Below the pieces are notes generated by a model. That model was given only the letters and a program-made list of their open reading frames with translations. It was not told where the DNA came from and searched no databases. A stretch of DNA of 64,000 nucleotides from a virus: the IMG/VR virus record IMGVR_UViG_3300045988_177924; one strand, written 5' to 3'. Made by a program: the position numbers and the translations under genes. Positions 63,665 through 64,000 of this stretch are shown here, in pieces; the stretch's first letter is position 1, and every line of letters begins with the position of its first letter.

Positions 63665-64000
63665 ATGGCTATTATAGGCGAGAAAATTACTTTGGACAAA
63701 ACCCTAGTCGGCAACATCGCGCGTAATCAAATGGAAAGCAAAATGGAACTGACGACGAGAGGAGCCTTATATGTTGGCACCGGCCAAGCGAATTCTGTTA
63801 CACCTGATGGTGGTGGAAACGCGGTACCAATCCCCATAACTTCACATATTGCGCCCAATGGAGCAAGCGACAACGGAAAAGTGTTGGTTGCTGATGCTAA
63901 AGAAACTGTGGGGTGGAAGATTACTAAAATCACAGCCGATAATTTAGAGGGTGGACGAGTTGTGCAAGCTACAAACGCTGATCAAGCGACTAAAGCAGAC
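63665..64000 (+). CDS. 5' part of a further fibre-like gene running off the right edge (partial)
   Basis: ATG 63665 lies 3 nt after the previous stop, with GGAGG upstream. My hand translation MAIIGEKITLDKTLVGNIARNQ...VVQATNADQATKAD is open to the window end. It is absent from the ORF track because it has no stop in the window. Confidence 0.55.
   Translation, partial: MAIIGEKITLDKTLVGNIARNQMESKMELTTRGALYVGTGQANSVTPDGGGNAVPIPITSHIAPNGASDNGKVLVADAKETVGWKITKITADNLEGGRVVQATNADQATKAD

Overview
This window is the late/structural region of a tailed dsDNA phage or prophage. Its signals look Firmicutes-like: AGGAGG-type RBSs, ATG/GTG/TTG starts and hairpin terminators. All ~55 credible genes lie on the + strand. 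In order they are: terminase large subunit (apparently split by a 239-nt ORF-less group I intron), portal-position gene, scaffold-like gene, major capsid candidate, head-tail genes and a major tail protein candidate. Next comes an unusual 12.6-kb block holding a Cys-rich miniprotein, an LL-H-type holin, six fibre-like genes, a BspA-type LRR protein, a RuvC-like resolvase and a tyrosine recombinase. After that come a chaperone-position gene and a 3,775-aa tape measure protein (TMP). The last ~24 kb holds fibre, baseplate and receptor-binding genes plus a radical SAM/SPASM enzyme. The five most notable observations are: (1) the ~2,200-aa N-terminal extension of the TMP carries an RQP-x35-GDFDGD signature like the catalytic double-psi beta-barrel of two-barrel RNA polymerases, suggesting an injected polymerase fused to the tape measure; (2) the group I intron sits exactly at the conserved terminase nuclease HDD motif; (3) a radical SAM/SPASM maturase lies next to a propeller-type fibre protein whose last 41 residues hold six Cys and three CNT motifs, which is RiPP/ranthipeptide-like; (4) a 932-bp perfect direct repeat encodes a C-type-lectin/FGE-like receptor-binding domain placed N-terminally in one gene and C-terminally in another; (5) a duplicated fibre-cassette leader has covarying hairpins. 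I saw no rRNA, tRNA, CRISPR array or reverse transcriptase. All functional calls rest on motif recognition by eye, gene order and ORF/RBS structure, since no database search or folding program could be run.
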